A stretch of DNA of 43,908 nt, taken from the NCBI GenBank assembly GCA_051651885.1, contig JBOFTD010000018.1:1-43908 (forward strand), in the 5' to 3' direction. Below, piece after piece: positions 19,242 through 27,923 of the stretch; position 1 is the first letter of the stretch, and each line of letters opens with the position of its first letter. Below the pieces are notes generated by a model. The model worked only from the letters and a program-made list of their open reading frames with translations. It did not search any database and had not been told where the DNA came from. A program made the translations under genes and the position numbers. Source of the DNA: Treponemataceae bacterium (GTDB taxonomy: Bacteria; Spirochaetota; Spirochaetia; Treponematales; Treponemataceae).

Positions 19242-19957
19242 CATTATTTAACATACCTATTGATGTATTGCCCCTTGAAGATTTTGAAATGGAAGTAATT
19301 TCGCTTTTAGACAAAGGCGGGCAAAAGCAAATTGTGTTATTATCCGTTTGGAATTTGCTTTTTGCACGAATAAATAGTGATTATGCGGCTTGCTTAAAAG
19401 AGGCTGATTTAATTTTACCCGTTTCAAAAAGTATTATTTCGGGAGCGGTATTTTTAAAAAAAACAGCACCTATTCGATATAATCCTTTTACTGCAATTAT
19501 TTTGTTGCTTGGTGTTTTAGACGATCATTACAAATCTTTATATTTGCTTGGAGGCAGACGAAGCACGCTTCGTGAAGTTGAAAAAAATATTCATTCAACG
19601 TTTCCTAATTTGCAAATTGTTGGACGTTTTATTGGTCATTACCATAAACATATGGAAAAAGATGTTGTTTCGGCGATATCAAAAGCAACTCCATCTCTTG
19701 TTCTTTTAAGTGCGGGAGTTTCAGGAAAGGATAGGTGGATTCATCAACGAAAAAGTAATTTTTCATCGAGTATTTTTTTGTGGAACAAAGATATTATGGC
19801 CATTTTTGCAAAACAAAAGAAACGTGTGTCCAACAAAACTTTTGACAAAGGGCTTGAAATTTGGGAAGAGGTTTTTTTCAATCCATTAAAAGTATTTTTG
19901 ATTATTCCGTTTATTTGGTATCTTTTGTCGCTTTTATGGTATAAATTGTTTAAATAA
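19223..19957 (+). CDS. WecB/TagA/CpsF-family (GT26) glycosyltransferase
   Basis: Family-typical N-terminus (FNIPIDVL), YLLGG and a C-terminal hydrophobic tail. It overlaps rsmE by 19 nt. Confidence 0.7.
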   Translation: MAKERITLFNIPIDVLPLEDFEMEVISLLDKGGQKQIVLLSVWNLLFARINSDYAACLKEADLILPVSKSIISGAVFLKKTAPIRYNPFTAIILLLGVLDDHYKSLYLLGGRRSTLREVEKNIHSTFPNLQIVGRFIGHYHKHMEKDVVSAISKATPSLVLLSAGVSGKDRWIHQRKSNFSSSIFLWNKDIMAIFAKQKKRVSNKTFDKGLEIWEEVFFNPLKVFLIIPFIWYLLSLLWYKLFK

Positions 19958-19958
19958 T

Positions 19959-20417
19959 CTATTTTTTTATTGAAAGAATTAATGTATCGCCTTTTTGAAT
20001 TTTATTTTTTTCAAACCAACCTTGTGGAACCTCTAATGCATAGCGAACGGGCACTGTGCTTGGAATGCCGTGTTCGCTAAGTGGCTCCATATCAAAAATA
20101 TCACAGATTTTTCCGCTTGCATCGATGTATGCAATTGATAAAGGCACAAAAGTATTTTTCATCCAAAAGCTTAAAATACTATCTTGTGTAAAAACAAAAA
20201 GCATGCCCGTTCCATTTGGAATATTTTTTCGGTGCATAAACCCTTGTGCCTGCTGAGCTTTTGTTAGTGCTAACTCAACTTTTAATGCAATTGTTGAATT
20301 ATCTCGTGCTCGTTGCAATTTAATGGTGGCTTTTTCCATTCCCGTTGCCTTGCTGCAGGCAAAAAAAACAAAAATCATAAGAAAACAAAAAAAGTTTTTA
20401 TAAAATCGGTATATCAT
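19959..20417 (-). CDS. DUF192-domain protein (lipoprotein-like signal)
   Basis: GMLFVF...FWMKNTFVPLSIAYID motif. The signal ends in FFACS. Confidence 0.7.
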   Translation of the reverse strand: MIYRFYKNFFCFLMIFVFFACSKATGMEKATIKLQRARDNSTIALKVELALTKAQQAQGFMHRKNIPNGTGMLFVFTQDSILSFWMKNTFVPLSIAYIDASGKICDIFDMEPLSEHGIPSTVPVRYALEVPQGWFEKNKIQKGDTLILSIKK

Positions 20418-20968
20418 AGCGTCTCCAAAAAGTCTTTTCGAAGAAGATCGTTTGCTGATTTTCGTACCGTTGACTCAGACTGTAATTGATTAAAAGTTGG
20501 CACATCAACATATTTTAAGGTAAGAGGGCGCTCCAGAATAAGCATAGTTGATTCATTTTCCCATAAAATTTTTTCATTGGTTATGGAAGTTGGCTCTCCA
20601 TATTTTTGGTTGAGCGTTGTAAAAATTGAAAAAAAATCCATTCTTTTTTCATTAAAATTGATCGTTATCACGTAAAGTGAATCCTCAAAAAACTGAAACC
20701 AACTGCGGCCAACAAAGGAATATCCCACCGTTTCAATGAGAATACGATTTTGTGTTGGCAACAAAGAAACATCTCTGTCGCCCCGAAAGCCAAAAATCGA
20801 ATTTTCCATAAGGGCTGTTTTTGCCGCATCAAAATTCATACCCAGTGTAATGCCTTCATATCCACGAGGAAGCTCAGAGTTTTCTTCTGTTGTATCAGCA
20901 CTTTGTGAAAATCCGATATACAAAAGGCACAAAAAGAGGGCGCAAAAAAAATTTTTTTGTCGATGCAT
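20414..20968 (-). CDS. Hypothetical secreted protein
   Basis: N-terminal signal peptide. A 4-nt overlap couples it to the DUF192 gene. No family recognised. Confidence 0.5.
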   Translation of the reverse strand: MHRQKNFFCALFLCLLYIGFSQSADTTEENSELPRGYEGITLGMNFDAAKTALMENSIFGFRGDRDVSLLPTQNRILIETVGYSFVGRSWFQFFEDSLYVITINFNEKRMDFFSIFTTLNQKYGEPTSITNEKILWENESTMLILERPLTLKYVDVPTFNQLQSESTVRKSANDLLRKDFLETL

Positions 20969-21030
20969 ATTTTTTTATCGGCATTATTTAAAAGAAAATA
21001 AACGTAAAGTACTTTCTTAAAAAACTTATA

Positions 21031-21059
21031 TTGACTATCAGTAGTAATCACGATAAGAT
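21031..21059 (+). promoter_or_regulatory. Promoter-like TTGACT-17-TAAGAT
   Basis: It lies upstream of metQ. Confidence 0.35.
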
Positions 21060-21119
21060 ATTTTTTATGAGAAATGGAGTGTAAAAACTTCGTTTTAATT
21101 TATATTTATGGAGGATTAC

Positions 21120-21920
21120 ATGAAAAAAATTGTAACAATAGCAATAATTCTTTTTGTTGCAGGAATTATTTTTGCGGGGGGAGAAAAAGATTCCGACCCA
21201 ACCGTGCTTAAAGTGGGAGCAAGTCCAACTCCGCATGCAGAAATGTTGAGTCTTCTTAAACAATCCTTGAAGGAAAAAGGTTTTACGCTTGAAATTATTG
21301 AATTTACCGATTATGTAACGCCGAATGAAGCTTTGCAATCGGGGCAAATTCTTGCTAATTTTTTTCAACATCTTCCCTACATGGAGACTTTTAATAAAGA
21401 TCGTAAATTTAGCCTTGTTAGTGCGGGGGGAATTCATATTGAGCCTATTGCACTTTATTCAAAAAAAATAAAATCCCTTGCGAATTTGAAAGATGGTGCG
21501 GTAGTTGCTATTCCAAATGATCCAACAAATGAGGGAAGGGCATTGCTTTTACTGCAGTCGGCGGGATTAATTAAACTCAATCCAAAGGCGGGAATTACGG
21601 CAACGCCACTTGATATTATTGAAAATAAAAAAAATATAAACTTTAAGGAAATTGAAGCGGCCTCTTTATCTCGTGTGCTAAGCGATGTTGATGCTGCGGT
21701 TATTAATGGAAATTATGCAATTCCTGCAGGATTTAGTGCAAAAAAAGATGGCTTAGTTGTAGAAGGATCTGATTCACCGTATGTAAATATTGTTTCGGTA
21801 AAAGCCGGTAATGAAAACGATCCTCGTATTGTTGCACTTGTGCAGGCATTGAAAAGTGATGTTATTAAAAAATATATTGATCAAAAATATCCGAATGGAG
21901 AAGTTATCGCTGCTTTTTAA
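21120..21920 (+). CDS. metQ: MetQ/NlpA-family methionine-binding lipoprotein
   Basis: Family-typical LKVGASPTPHAE and NDPTNEGRALLLL. GGAGGA lies 4 nt before ATG 21120, which I prefer over 21108. Confidence 0.85.
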   Translation: MKKIVTIAIILFVAGIIFAGGEKDSDPTVLKVGASPTPHAEMLSLLKQSLKEKGFTLEIIEFTDYVTPNEALQSGQILANFFQHLPYMETFNKDRKFSLVSAGGIHIEPIALYSKKIKSLANLKDGAVVAIPNDPTNEGRALLLLQSAGLIKLNPKAGITATPLDIIENKKNINFKEIEAASLSRVLSDVDAAVINGNYAIPAGFSAKKDGLVVEGSDSPYVNIVSVKAGNENDPRIVALVQALKSDVIKKYIDQKYPNGEVIAAF

Positions 21921-21929
21921 TATGAAACT

Positions 21930-21959
21930 AAAAAAAAGCATACGTAAAGTATGCTTTTT
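21930..21959. terminator. Bidirectional intrinsic terminator
   Basis: A8-GCATAC-gtaaa-GTATGC-T5, between convergent metQ and the phosphoesterase gene. Confidence 0.6.
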
Positions 21960-21974
21960 GCAGTTCATAATTAT

Positions 21975-22985
21975 CTAAAAACTATAAACATGTATTTGTT
22001 CTTTTTTTACTGATTTTGATTCACTGTTTTGTGTTTTATATTCTTCAATAGCAATAAAGCGACGCTCTTCATCAACAGTCACATAATACCAATGATTTAA
22101 GCCGCTTCTATCGCTGTAAAAACTTCCCGCATTTAATTCAAAAAAACTTCCCCATAGATATGATCCTCCATGATGCCAGTGCCCAGTAAAAAGCATATTA
22201 ACTTTTGACTTGTCGAAAAGGTCAAATAATATTGCTCGCTCGTAAGTATTTGTCCATTTGTAATAATCAAATATATTAGCGGACTGTGCAAAAAAAGGAT
22301 AATGAGTAAAAATAAATTTATCATTATTATCATTTTTAAGATTTTCTTGAAAGCTTTTCATTTGCTTGTTTCCAAGTGTGCTACTTGCGGAGTCAAGAAA
22401 GTACCATGATCGTTTAAACGTCTTTCCATCACTGTTAGGGGGCGTTTGTGTCTCAAACTTATAAAAAGTATTGCTATTGTCGATTGTTGGATATTTTTCT
22501 GTGCTTGCACGAGCTTTTTGCCAAAGTGCCCAACCTTTTTTGTAAATATCATGATTGCCAAGTACGGCCACATCAGGAATAAAATGTGTGTCTGTTTGTG
22601 TTTTTTCGCGTAATCTTTTTAGAAAATTTTCATAATCATCGTAGGCATGCTCTCTTCCGCCTTCTGCCGAATCGCCAAGCATAATGACAAAATCAGGTTT
22701 ACCGCTTTTTTCGTCTGTAATTGAATCAAGAAACGCTTCAAACGGATGGGAAAATTTATTATCAAAATGCATATCAGTTACGATTAAAAATCGCCATTGT
22801 GTTGGCTCTGTCTTATTTCTCCAAGTGGTAAATGGCGGCTTGTTAAGCTGTTCTGTAACATCAACAAGTGTGCTTGCCCGCTCATCATGTGATGTACGAC
22901 GGCCAAAAAAATCTTCTACGCCAAATTCACAGGAAGAGAAAATGAAAAATAAAAAAAACAGGCTAAAAAAAAGTTTTTGTTGCAT
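21975..22985 (-). CDS. Metallophosphoesterase (calcineurin-like), lipoprotein-type signal
   Basis: Motifs VTDMHF, LGDSAEGG, GNHD and GHWHHG. AGGAG SD. Confidence 0.75.
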   Translation of the reverse strand: MQQKLFFSLFFLFFIFSSCEFGVEDFFGRRTSHDERASTLVDVTEQLNKPPFTTWRNKTEPTQWRFLIVTDMHFDNKFSHPFEAFLDSITDEKSGKPDFVIMLGDSAEGGREHAYDDYENFLKRLREKTQTDTHFIPDVAVLGNHDIYKKGWALWQKARASTEKYPTIDNSNTFYKFETQTPPNSDGKTFKRSWYFLDSASSTLGNKQMKSFQENLKNDNNDKFIFTHYPFFAQSANIFDYYKWTNTYERAILFDLFDKSKVNMLFTGHWHHGGSYLWGSFFELNAGSFYSDRSGLNHWYYVTVDEERRFIAIEEYKTQNSESKSVKKEQIHVYSF

Positions 22986-22993
22986 TATAACTC

Positions 22994-23707
22994 CTATTTT
23001 AATTTGTAAATAAAAGCGACTTTACCTTGAAATCCATCAACTGTCCCTGATATGGTAATTTGATCGGCATACGTTATTTGAAAAAGGGCTGCAATAGTGA
23101 TATTATTTGTTATGTCATACGAATAGCCCAGTTGCCACCACATATTAAGCCAAACTTTATATCGCATTGTGTCAAAAGTCGCAAAACGAAACATAAATTC
23201 TTGCTTTTTGAAAAAACGCACTTGCACCTCAATTTCAAAGGCAGGGAAAAACTCAAAAAGATAAATAGACGTATTGCTTAATTTTTGGGAAGTTGTTTTT
23301 GCATCAAATCCAAAGGAAATCGTTGTTTTTACTGGAACTTTTTCATTGCGCCCTCGAAAGATTGCAGAAAGATAAAAATTATTGTCAAGCTCCAAAAAAG
23401 GAATTGTATAGGAGGTGCCAAAATGCAGGGAGTATTTTAAGCCGAGTGAAAAAACTCCTATTGTAAGTGGCTCGAATAATGTTGACAAAGTAATATTTGT
23501 CGCAAATCCATCAAAAGCAATTCCCCCAAAATAAGAGAATTTTTCAGTAGAATGGCGAATTCCGATCGTACCTTCAAGTGGTACCTTCATTCCAACCCCT
23601 GAACTATAGCCAAAATCTGCAAAAAAACCATCATTCCAATATTGAACAGCAAATAGTCGTGTAGAAAATAGTATAAGTAGTGCGGTGGATTTTAAAATTT
23701 TACACAT
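22994..23707 (-). CDS. Hypothetical secreted protein, possible small outer-membrane beta-barrel
   Basis: Signal peptide, then alternating hydrophobic/polar strands rich in G/Y/F throughout. No family recognised. Confidence 0.4.
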   Translation of the reverse strand: MCKILKSTALLILFSTRLFAVQYWNDGFFADFGYSSGVGMKVPLEGTIGIRHSTEKFSYFGGIAFDGFATNITLSTLFEPLTIGVFSLGLKYSLHFGTSYTIPFLELDNNFYLSAIFRGRNEKVPVKTTISFGFDAKTTSQKLSNTSIYLFEFFPAFEIEVQVRFFKKQEFMFRFATFDTMRYKVWLNMWWQLGYSYDITNNITIAALFQITYADQITISGTVDGFQGKVAFIYKLK

Positions 23708-23722
23708 GGCGGTAATGTATCA
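23705..23722 (-). promoter_or_regulatory. Extended -10 TGATACATT placed 6 nt before ATG 23707, with no SD
   Basis: The minus strand reads TGATACATTaccgccATG. Confidence 0.45.
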
Positions 23723-23739
23723 TAAAAACGTCCAATAAA

Positions 23740-23769
23740 CCAGTATTTTGAATCAAAATTTTATACTGG
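23740..23769 (-). terminator. Possible terminator of epmA
   Basis: A 7-bp outer stem (CCAGTAT / ATACTGG), followed on the minus strand by TTTATT. AT-rich and weak. Confidence 0.35.
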
Positions 23770-23838
23770 CTAGCCTTGATTTTTTGTAGTTTATAATCTG
23801 ATTATTCCACTGTTAAAAATTTTTAAAGAAGAATTTTT

Positions 23839-24810
23839 TTAGCTTGGCAAAACGGTGTCGATTGTTTTTTTTGAGAGGAGTATCATTAATAATCGATCAA
23901 AACCAAGTGCAACACCAGAACAGATCGGAAATTCGACAAAGTGCTTCCAGTAATCATTTTGTACGGCATGGCGAACACGTGCCGTTTTATTTTTTTCTGC
24001 TCCCTCTTTTTCAAAGTAAGCCTTTACATTTTGGGCATTTGTCTCTTCGGAGTAACAATTTGCAAGTTCAATCCCATTAATATACAGTTCCCAGCGTTCC
24101 TTGTAAAAAGCATTTTTATTTTGAGCAAGGCACGAAACTTGGCGTGGGTAATCCAGCAAAAAGAGGGGCTTGCCGTTTGCAAGTTTTGATAGTTGTGGTT
24201 CAACGGCATGAACAAAAATCAGCTCGTATAAATCATCCCATTGATAAGTTTCATTAAAGGATAAATTCATATTTTTTGCTAAATTTTGTAGCGGTGCAAT
24301 TTCTTGAAGATCATCAAGAGCCTTGCCCGTAACTTTGTGAAAGGCTTCGTTCATAGTCATTTGTACAAAGGGTGGGCGAAGGTTTTCATAAAAATCTTGT
24401 TCCTCGTAATTTACCCGCGGCAAAAGATTTTCAATGAGATTTTCGGTAAGGGCAAGCGAGTCATGATAATTTGCATTCATCGTGTAATATTCAAGCATCG
24501 AAAACTCAGGATTATGCAACCTTCCAATCGATTCACAATTTCTAAAGCATTTTCCGAGTTGAAAAACGGATACTTTATGTTGTGCAATAATTTTTTTTAT
24601 ATAATATTCGGGAGACGGGAGTAAATAAAGCTCTTGTGTTTTATCTTTCCATGGAAAAACGTAGTCAGTTTTAAAAATTTCGAGGCACGTTTCGGGAATG
24701 AGATAGGGACTTAAAAGAGGAGTGTCGAGTTCAAGATAGTTTTTTTCTATAAAAAAAGTGCGAATGTTTTGTATTATTTTTGATCGAAACTGTAAAAGCT
24801 CTAAATCCAT
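23839..24810 (-). CDS. epmA: EF-P--(R)-beta-lysine ligase (PoxA/GenX; class II LysRS catalytic-core paralogue)
   Basis: 323 aa with class II aaRS motifs (LSPYLIPE.., FRNCESIGRLHNPEFSMLEYY, GVALGFDRL) and no anticodon-binding domain. Confidence 0.8.
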   Translation of the reverse strand: MDLELLQFRSKIIQNIRTFFIEKNYLELDTPLLSPYLIPETCLEIFKTDYVFPWKDKTQELYLLPSPEYYIKKIIAQHKVSVFQLGKCFRNCESIGRLHNPEFSMLEYYTMNANYHDSLALTENLIENLLPRVNYEEQDFYENLRPPFVQMTMNEAFHKVTGKALDDLQEIAPLQNLAKNMNLSFNETYQWDDLYELIFVHAVEPQLSKLANGKPLFLLDYPRQVSCLAQNKNAFYKERWELYINGIELANCYSEETNAQNVKAYFEKEGAEKNKTARVRHAVQNDYWKHFVEFPICSGVALGFDRLLMILLSKKTIDTVLPS

Positions 24811-24822
24811 TTTTGATTTCTT

Positions 24823-26160
24823 TTATAGGTGTTTTTCATTCTCATCTGCAGGCAACTTTCCAATAAAATTGACTAAAACTTGATCGATTTTATAATTATC
24901 AACATCCATTACTTCAAATTGAAATCCTGCAAACTCAACGGTTGCCGCTTTTTTTGGAATTGCTTTGAGCATGAGCATTAAAAACCCTGCAAGCGTTTCA
25001 TAAGAATCGGCTTCGGGGAATTCATTGATTTTAAGGACTTTAGCTACATCTTCGATAGGAGTCGTGCCATCAATAAGCCACGAAGTTTCTGATCGCTTGA
25101 TAATTAAATCGTCTTGTAAAGGAGCGACAACATCACCTAAAAGAGTCGTCATAACATCACTGAGCGTAATAATTCCTACCACATGAGCGTATTCATTCAA
25201 AATGATGGCAAAATCTTCGCATTTTTCGTTAAATTTATCTAAAACTTCTGAAAGCGTGAGCGTGTTTGGAACGATGAGCATGCTTTTATTGCAAATACTT
25301 TCGATATTGGATAAGCAGTTTTTTTCTTCATTTTTCATGATATCGGTCAAAATATCTTTTGCGTCGACGTAGCCGAGTATTGAATCAAGCCTTTTTTCGC
25401 AAAGAAGATACTTTGAGTGCGGATTTTTTGCAATTTTGTCGCGGATTGTTTTTTCGTTATCTTGCACGGTAAAATAGGTAATATCGTCTCGCAATGTCAT
25501 CGCCGAAGTTACCCAGCGAGTTTCAAGTTCAAAAACATTTTCAATCAAGTGGTGTTCTTTTTTGTCTACAATTCCGGCTTCAGCACCTGCATCCATAACT
25601 GCAACAATTTCCTCATAAGTCATGTTTTCACTACGCTTTAAGGGGACTCGAAAAATTTTAAGAATGCAATTTGCCATTCCATCAAAAAGTAAAATGAGAG
25701 GAGAAAAAATTTTCACCAGAAAAATCATGGGTGTAACAAGCACTAACGCTATTTTTTCAGGATAAATCATCGCGATACGTTTGGGAATTAAATCGGCAAA
25801 CTCGATAATAATAGCGGTTACCAATAGAAAAGAGGCAATTGCAGAAAGTTTTTCTGCGTGCGGTGCAAAACCCAGTGTTTGAAAAAAATCAAGCTGAAAA
25901 AATTTTACTAAGGGTTTATTAAATGCCTTATCGCTGATGAGTCCTGCAAGAATTGCAACAATATTTACCACAATTTGAATTGCAGTAAAAAAGCGACCGG
26001 GTCTTTCTTGTAATTTAAGGATTTTTGCAGCATCTTTATTATTCTCTTCTACGAGGATTTGTAATTTTATTTTGCGAGCTGCAGCGAGAGACATCTCTGC
26101 CATCGAAAAAATGGCACTTAAAAAAACTAAGACCGCTAAAAATAACAAACCTGAAATCAT
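24823..26160 (-). CDS. HlyC/CorC-family transporter (DUF21 - CBS pair - CorC_HlyC)
   Basis: Four N-terminal TM helices, a CBS pair and a C-terminal transporter-associated domain. Confidence 0.85.
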   Translation of the reverse strand: MISGLLFLAVLVFLSAIFSMAEMSLAAARKIKLQILVEENNKDAAKILKLQERPGRFFTAIQIVVNIVAILAGLISDKAFNKPLVKFFQLDFFQTLGFAPHAEKLSAIASFLLVTAIIIEFADLIPKRIAMIYPEKIALVLVTPMIFLVKIFSPLILLFDGMANCILKIFRVPLKRSENMTYEEIVAVMDAGAEAGIVDKKEHHLIENVFELETRWVTSAMTLRDDITYFTVQDNEKTIRDKIAKNPHSKYLLCEKRLDSILGYVDAKDILTDIMKNEEKNCLSNIESICNKSMLIVPNTLTLSEVLDKFNEKCEDFAIILNEYAHVVGIITLSDVMTTLLGDVVAPLQDDLIIKRSETSWLIDGTTPIEDVAKVLKINEFPEADSYETLAGFLMLMLKAIPKKAATVEFAGFQFEVMDVDNYKIDQVLVNFIGKLPADENEKHL

Positions 26161-26195
26161 GAATACACTGTATCATTTTAAAAAAAAATAATCAA
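26158..26195 (-). promoter_or_regulatory. TTGATT-17-TACAGT (with TG extension) placed 6 nt before ATG 26160, with no SD
   Basis: The minus strand reads TTGATTatttttttttaaaaTGATACAGTgtattcATG. Confidence 0.5.
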
Positions 26196-26242
26196 TGGGA
26201 GAAAAAACTGATCAACTTTAAATCGACAAGGGCGTTTATATA

Positions 26243-26343
26243 TTATTTTGAACAAAGCTCATAATTTGTGGATACGTTTTGAAGATCGTCGTCGACTTCA
26301 AGTTTGTCAATTAATTTGTCACATTTTTTACTATTTCAGCGTC
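26243..26343 (-). pseudogene. Decayed copy of the 3' end of yebC
   Basis: By hand alignment, 26277..26344 matches 26937..27005 at 58 of 68 positions with one 1-nt gap. The fragment reads CDKLIDKLEVDDDLQNVSTN against YebC CDKLTDKLEADDDVQNVYTN. Confidence 0.7.
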
Positions 26344-26891
26344 ATAGTATTATGAATTTTAGTGATTGCGGCAGCGAGTGCGTCAGCTGCATGATCTGGG
26401 CGAGGAATTTCAGAGAGTCCCAGCAAAAGCTTAACATAGTGCTGCACATGGGACTTTTCGGCTTTCGCAGAGCCTACGACAGCTTGCTTAATTGATAGTG
26501 GCGAATATTCGCAAACGGAAAGTGCATTTTGAGCAAGACAGAGCAAAACAACGCCACGAGATTCTGCAACAGGCAAGGCACTCGTTACGTTTTTTGCAAA
26601 ATACAAGGCCTCCATTCCAGCCTCAGTGGGGGAAAACTTTGCAATGACGGATGAAATAGTGTTGTAAATTTCTAAAAGGCGGATTTCATGCGGTGTTTTT
26701 GATTTTGTTTCAATGGTGCCGTGTGCTATGTGGCGATAGCGGTTGTCAATATAATCAATAACGCCCCAGCCTGTGGATGCAAGGCCAGGGTCAATGCCCA
26801 ATACACGGCGGATTTTTTTTGTTTTAGTGGTGGCACTTGATTGATTCGTATTGCTCGAAGAACCAGGCAGCACCACAAAAGAATTCGGCAT
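26331..26891 (-). CDS. ruvC: Holliday junction resolvase RuvC
   Basis: Motifs LGIDPGLASTGWGVI, EAGMEALYF and DHAADALAAAI. The ATG overlaps the yebC stop (TAATG). Confidence 0.9.
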   Translation of the reverse strand: MPNSFVVLPGSSSNTNQSSATTKTKKIRRVLGIDPGLASTGWGVIDYIDNRYRHIAHGTIETKSKTPHEIRLLEIYNTISSVIAKFSPTEAGMEALYFAKNVTSALPVAESRGVVLLCLAQNALSVCEYSPLSIKQAVVGSAKAEKSHVQHYVKLLLGLSEIPRPDHAADALAAAITKIHNTMTLK

Positions 26892-27631
26892 TATTCGCCA
26901 GTATATCCTTCAGGATATTCAACGTTTGTGTAAACATTTTGAACATCATCATCAGCTTCAAGTTTATCAGTTAATTTGTCACATTTTTTTGCCATTTCAG
27001 CATCAAGGGCTTGATACGTTGCAGGAACCATCGAAACACCTGCAGAAAGAGATTCAAAACCCTTGTCTTGCAAGGCCTCTAAGCATGTTGCAAACTCTGA
27101 GGGATCAGTTTTTACGGTGATAATTCCGTCTTCTGCAACAACGTCTTCTGCTCCATTTTCAAGGGCAACTTCCATAATTTCATCTTCGCTTACGGTTTCG
27201 CCATCGTATTCAATAACACCTTGTCGAGTAAAAAGACGAGCAACTGAGCCTGAAACGCCCATATTTCCGCCCGTTTTATTAAAAATATTTCTTACATTGC
27301 CGGCAGCACGATTTTTGTTATCTGTTAAAACTTCAACTAAAACGGCAACGCCACCGGGTCCATAACCTTCATAAACTAATTCTTCAAAAACAGCAGCACC
27401 AAGCTCGCCTGTTCCTTTTTTGATTGCACGCTCAATATTATCTTTAGGCATGTTTGCTGCACGAGCTTTAAGAATCGCTGTACGCAAGCGAGGATTTGAA
27501 TCAGGATTTCCTCCACCCATTTTTGCAGAAATTGAAATTTCCTTAATAAATTTTGTAAAAAGTTGTCCTCTTTTGGCATCAGCTGCACCTTTTGCGTGCT
27601 TAATTGTTGCCCACTTACTATGTCCTGACAT
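26891..27631 (-). CDS. yebC: YebC/PmpR-family transcriptional regulator
   Basis: Starts MSGHSKWATIKHAKG, typical of the family. AGGAGA SD. Confidence 0.92.
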   Translation of the reverse strand: MSGHSKWATIKHAKGAADAKRGQLFTKFIKEISISAKMGGGNPDSNPRLRTAILKARAANMPKDNIERAIKKGTGELGAAVFEELVYEGYGPGGVAVLVEVLTDNKNRAAGNVRNIFNKTGGNMGVSGSVARLFTRQGVIEYDGETVSEDEIMEVALENGAEDVVAEDGIITVKTDPSEFATCLEALQDKGFESLSAGVSMVPATYQALDAEMAKKCDKLTDKLEADDDVQNVYTNVEYPEGYTGE

Positions 27632-27765
27632 TGAATCTCCTGTAAATAAAATTAAGTTTTCTAACGCTCATCCTATCATTTTATAAAAACCGCGTCAAGA
27701 GAAAATTTTAGGGCAAAGAGAATCTGTCAAAAAGAAAAATGCTTTGTGTTAATTTAGTGTAGTTC

Positions 27766-27793
27766 TTGACAAAAAAAAATGTTTTTCTATAAT
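27766..27793 (+). promoter_or_regulatory. Consensus promoter TTGACA-16-TATAAT
   Basis: About 130 nt upstream of the nrfA ATG. The spacer begins with an A9 run. Confidence 0.55.
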
Positions 27794-27923
27794 TATGGAT
27801 ATTGTTTTTGAAAAAAATACATCGTTTTGTTAACGTTCCCGATTTTTGGGATCTATTTTTTTGTCTTAATAAAAAACAATAAATATTATTTTCAACTATC
27901 TTATAAGAGAAAAGGATTGAAGT

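Noticed and set aside
20969-21119. A SAM or methionine riboswitch upstream of metQ
   Set aside because: The 150-nt leader is AT-rich and lacks the GC-rich conserved helices of SAM riboswitch classes. Only a plain promoter-like element is visible.
27850-27880. A hairpin in the nrfA leader as a transcription attenuator
   Set aside because: Only a 4-bp stem (TCCC/GGGA) can be drawn before the T-run, which is too weak to call.
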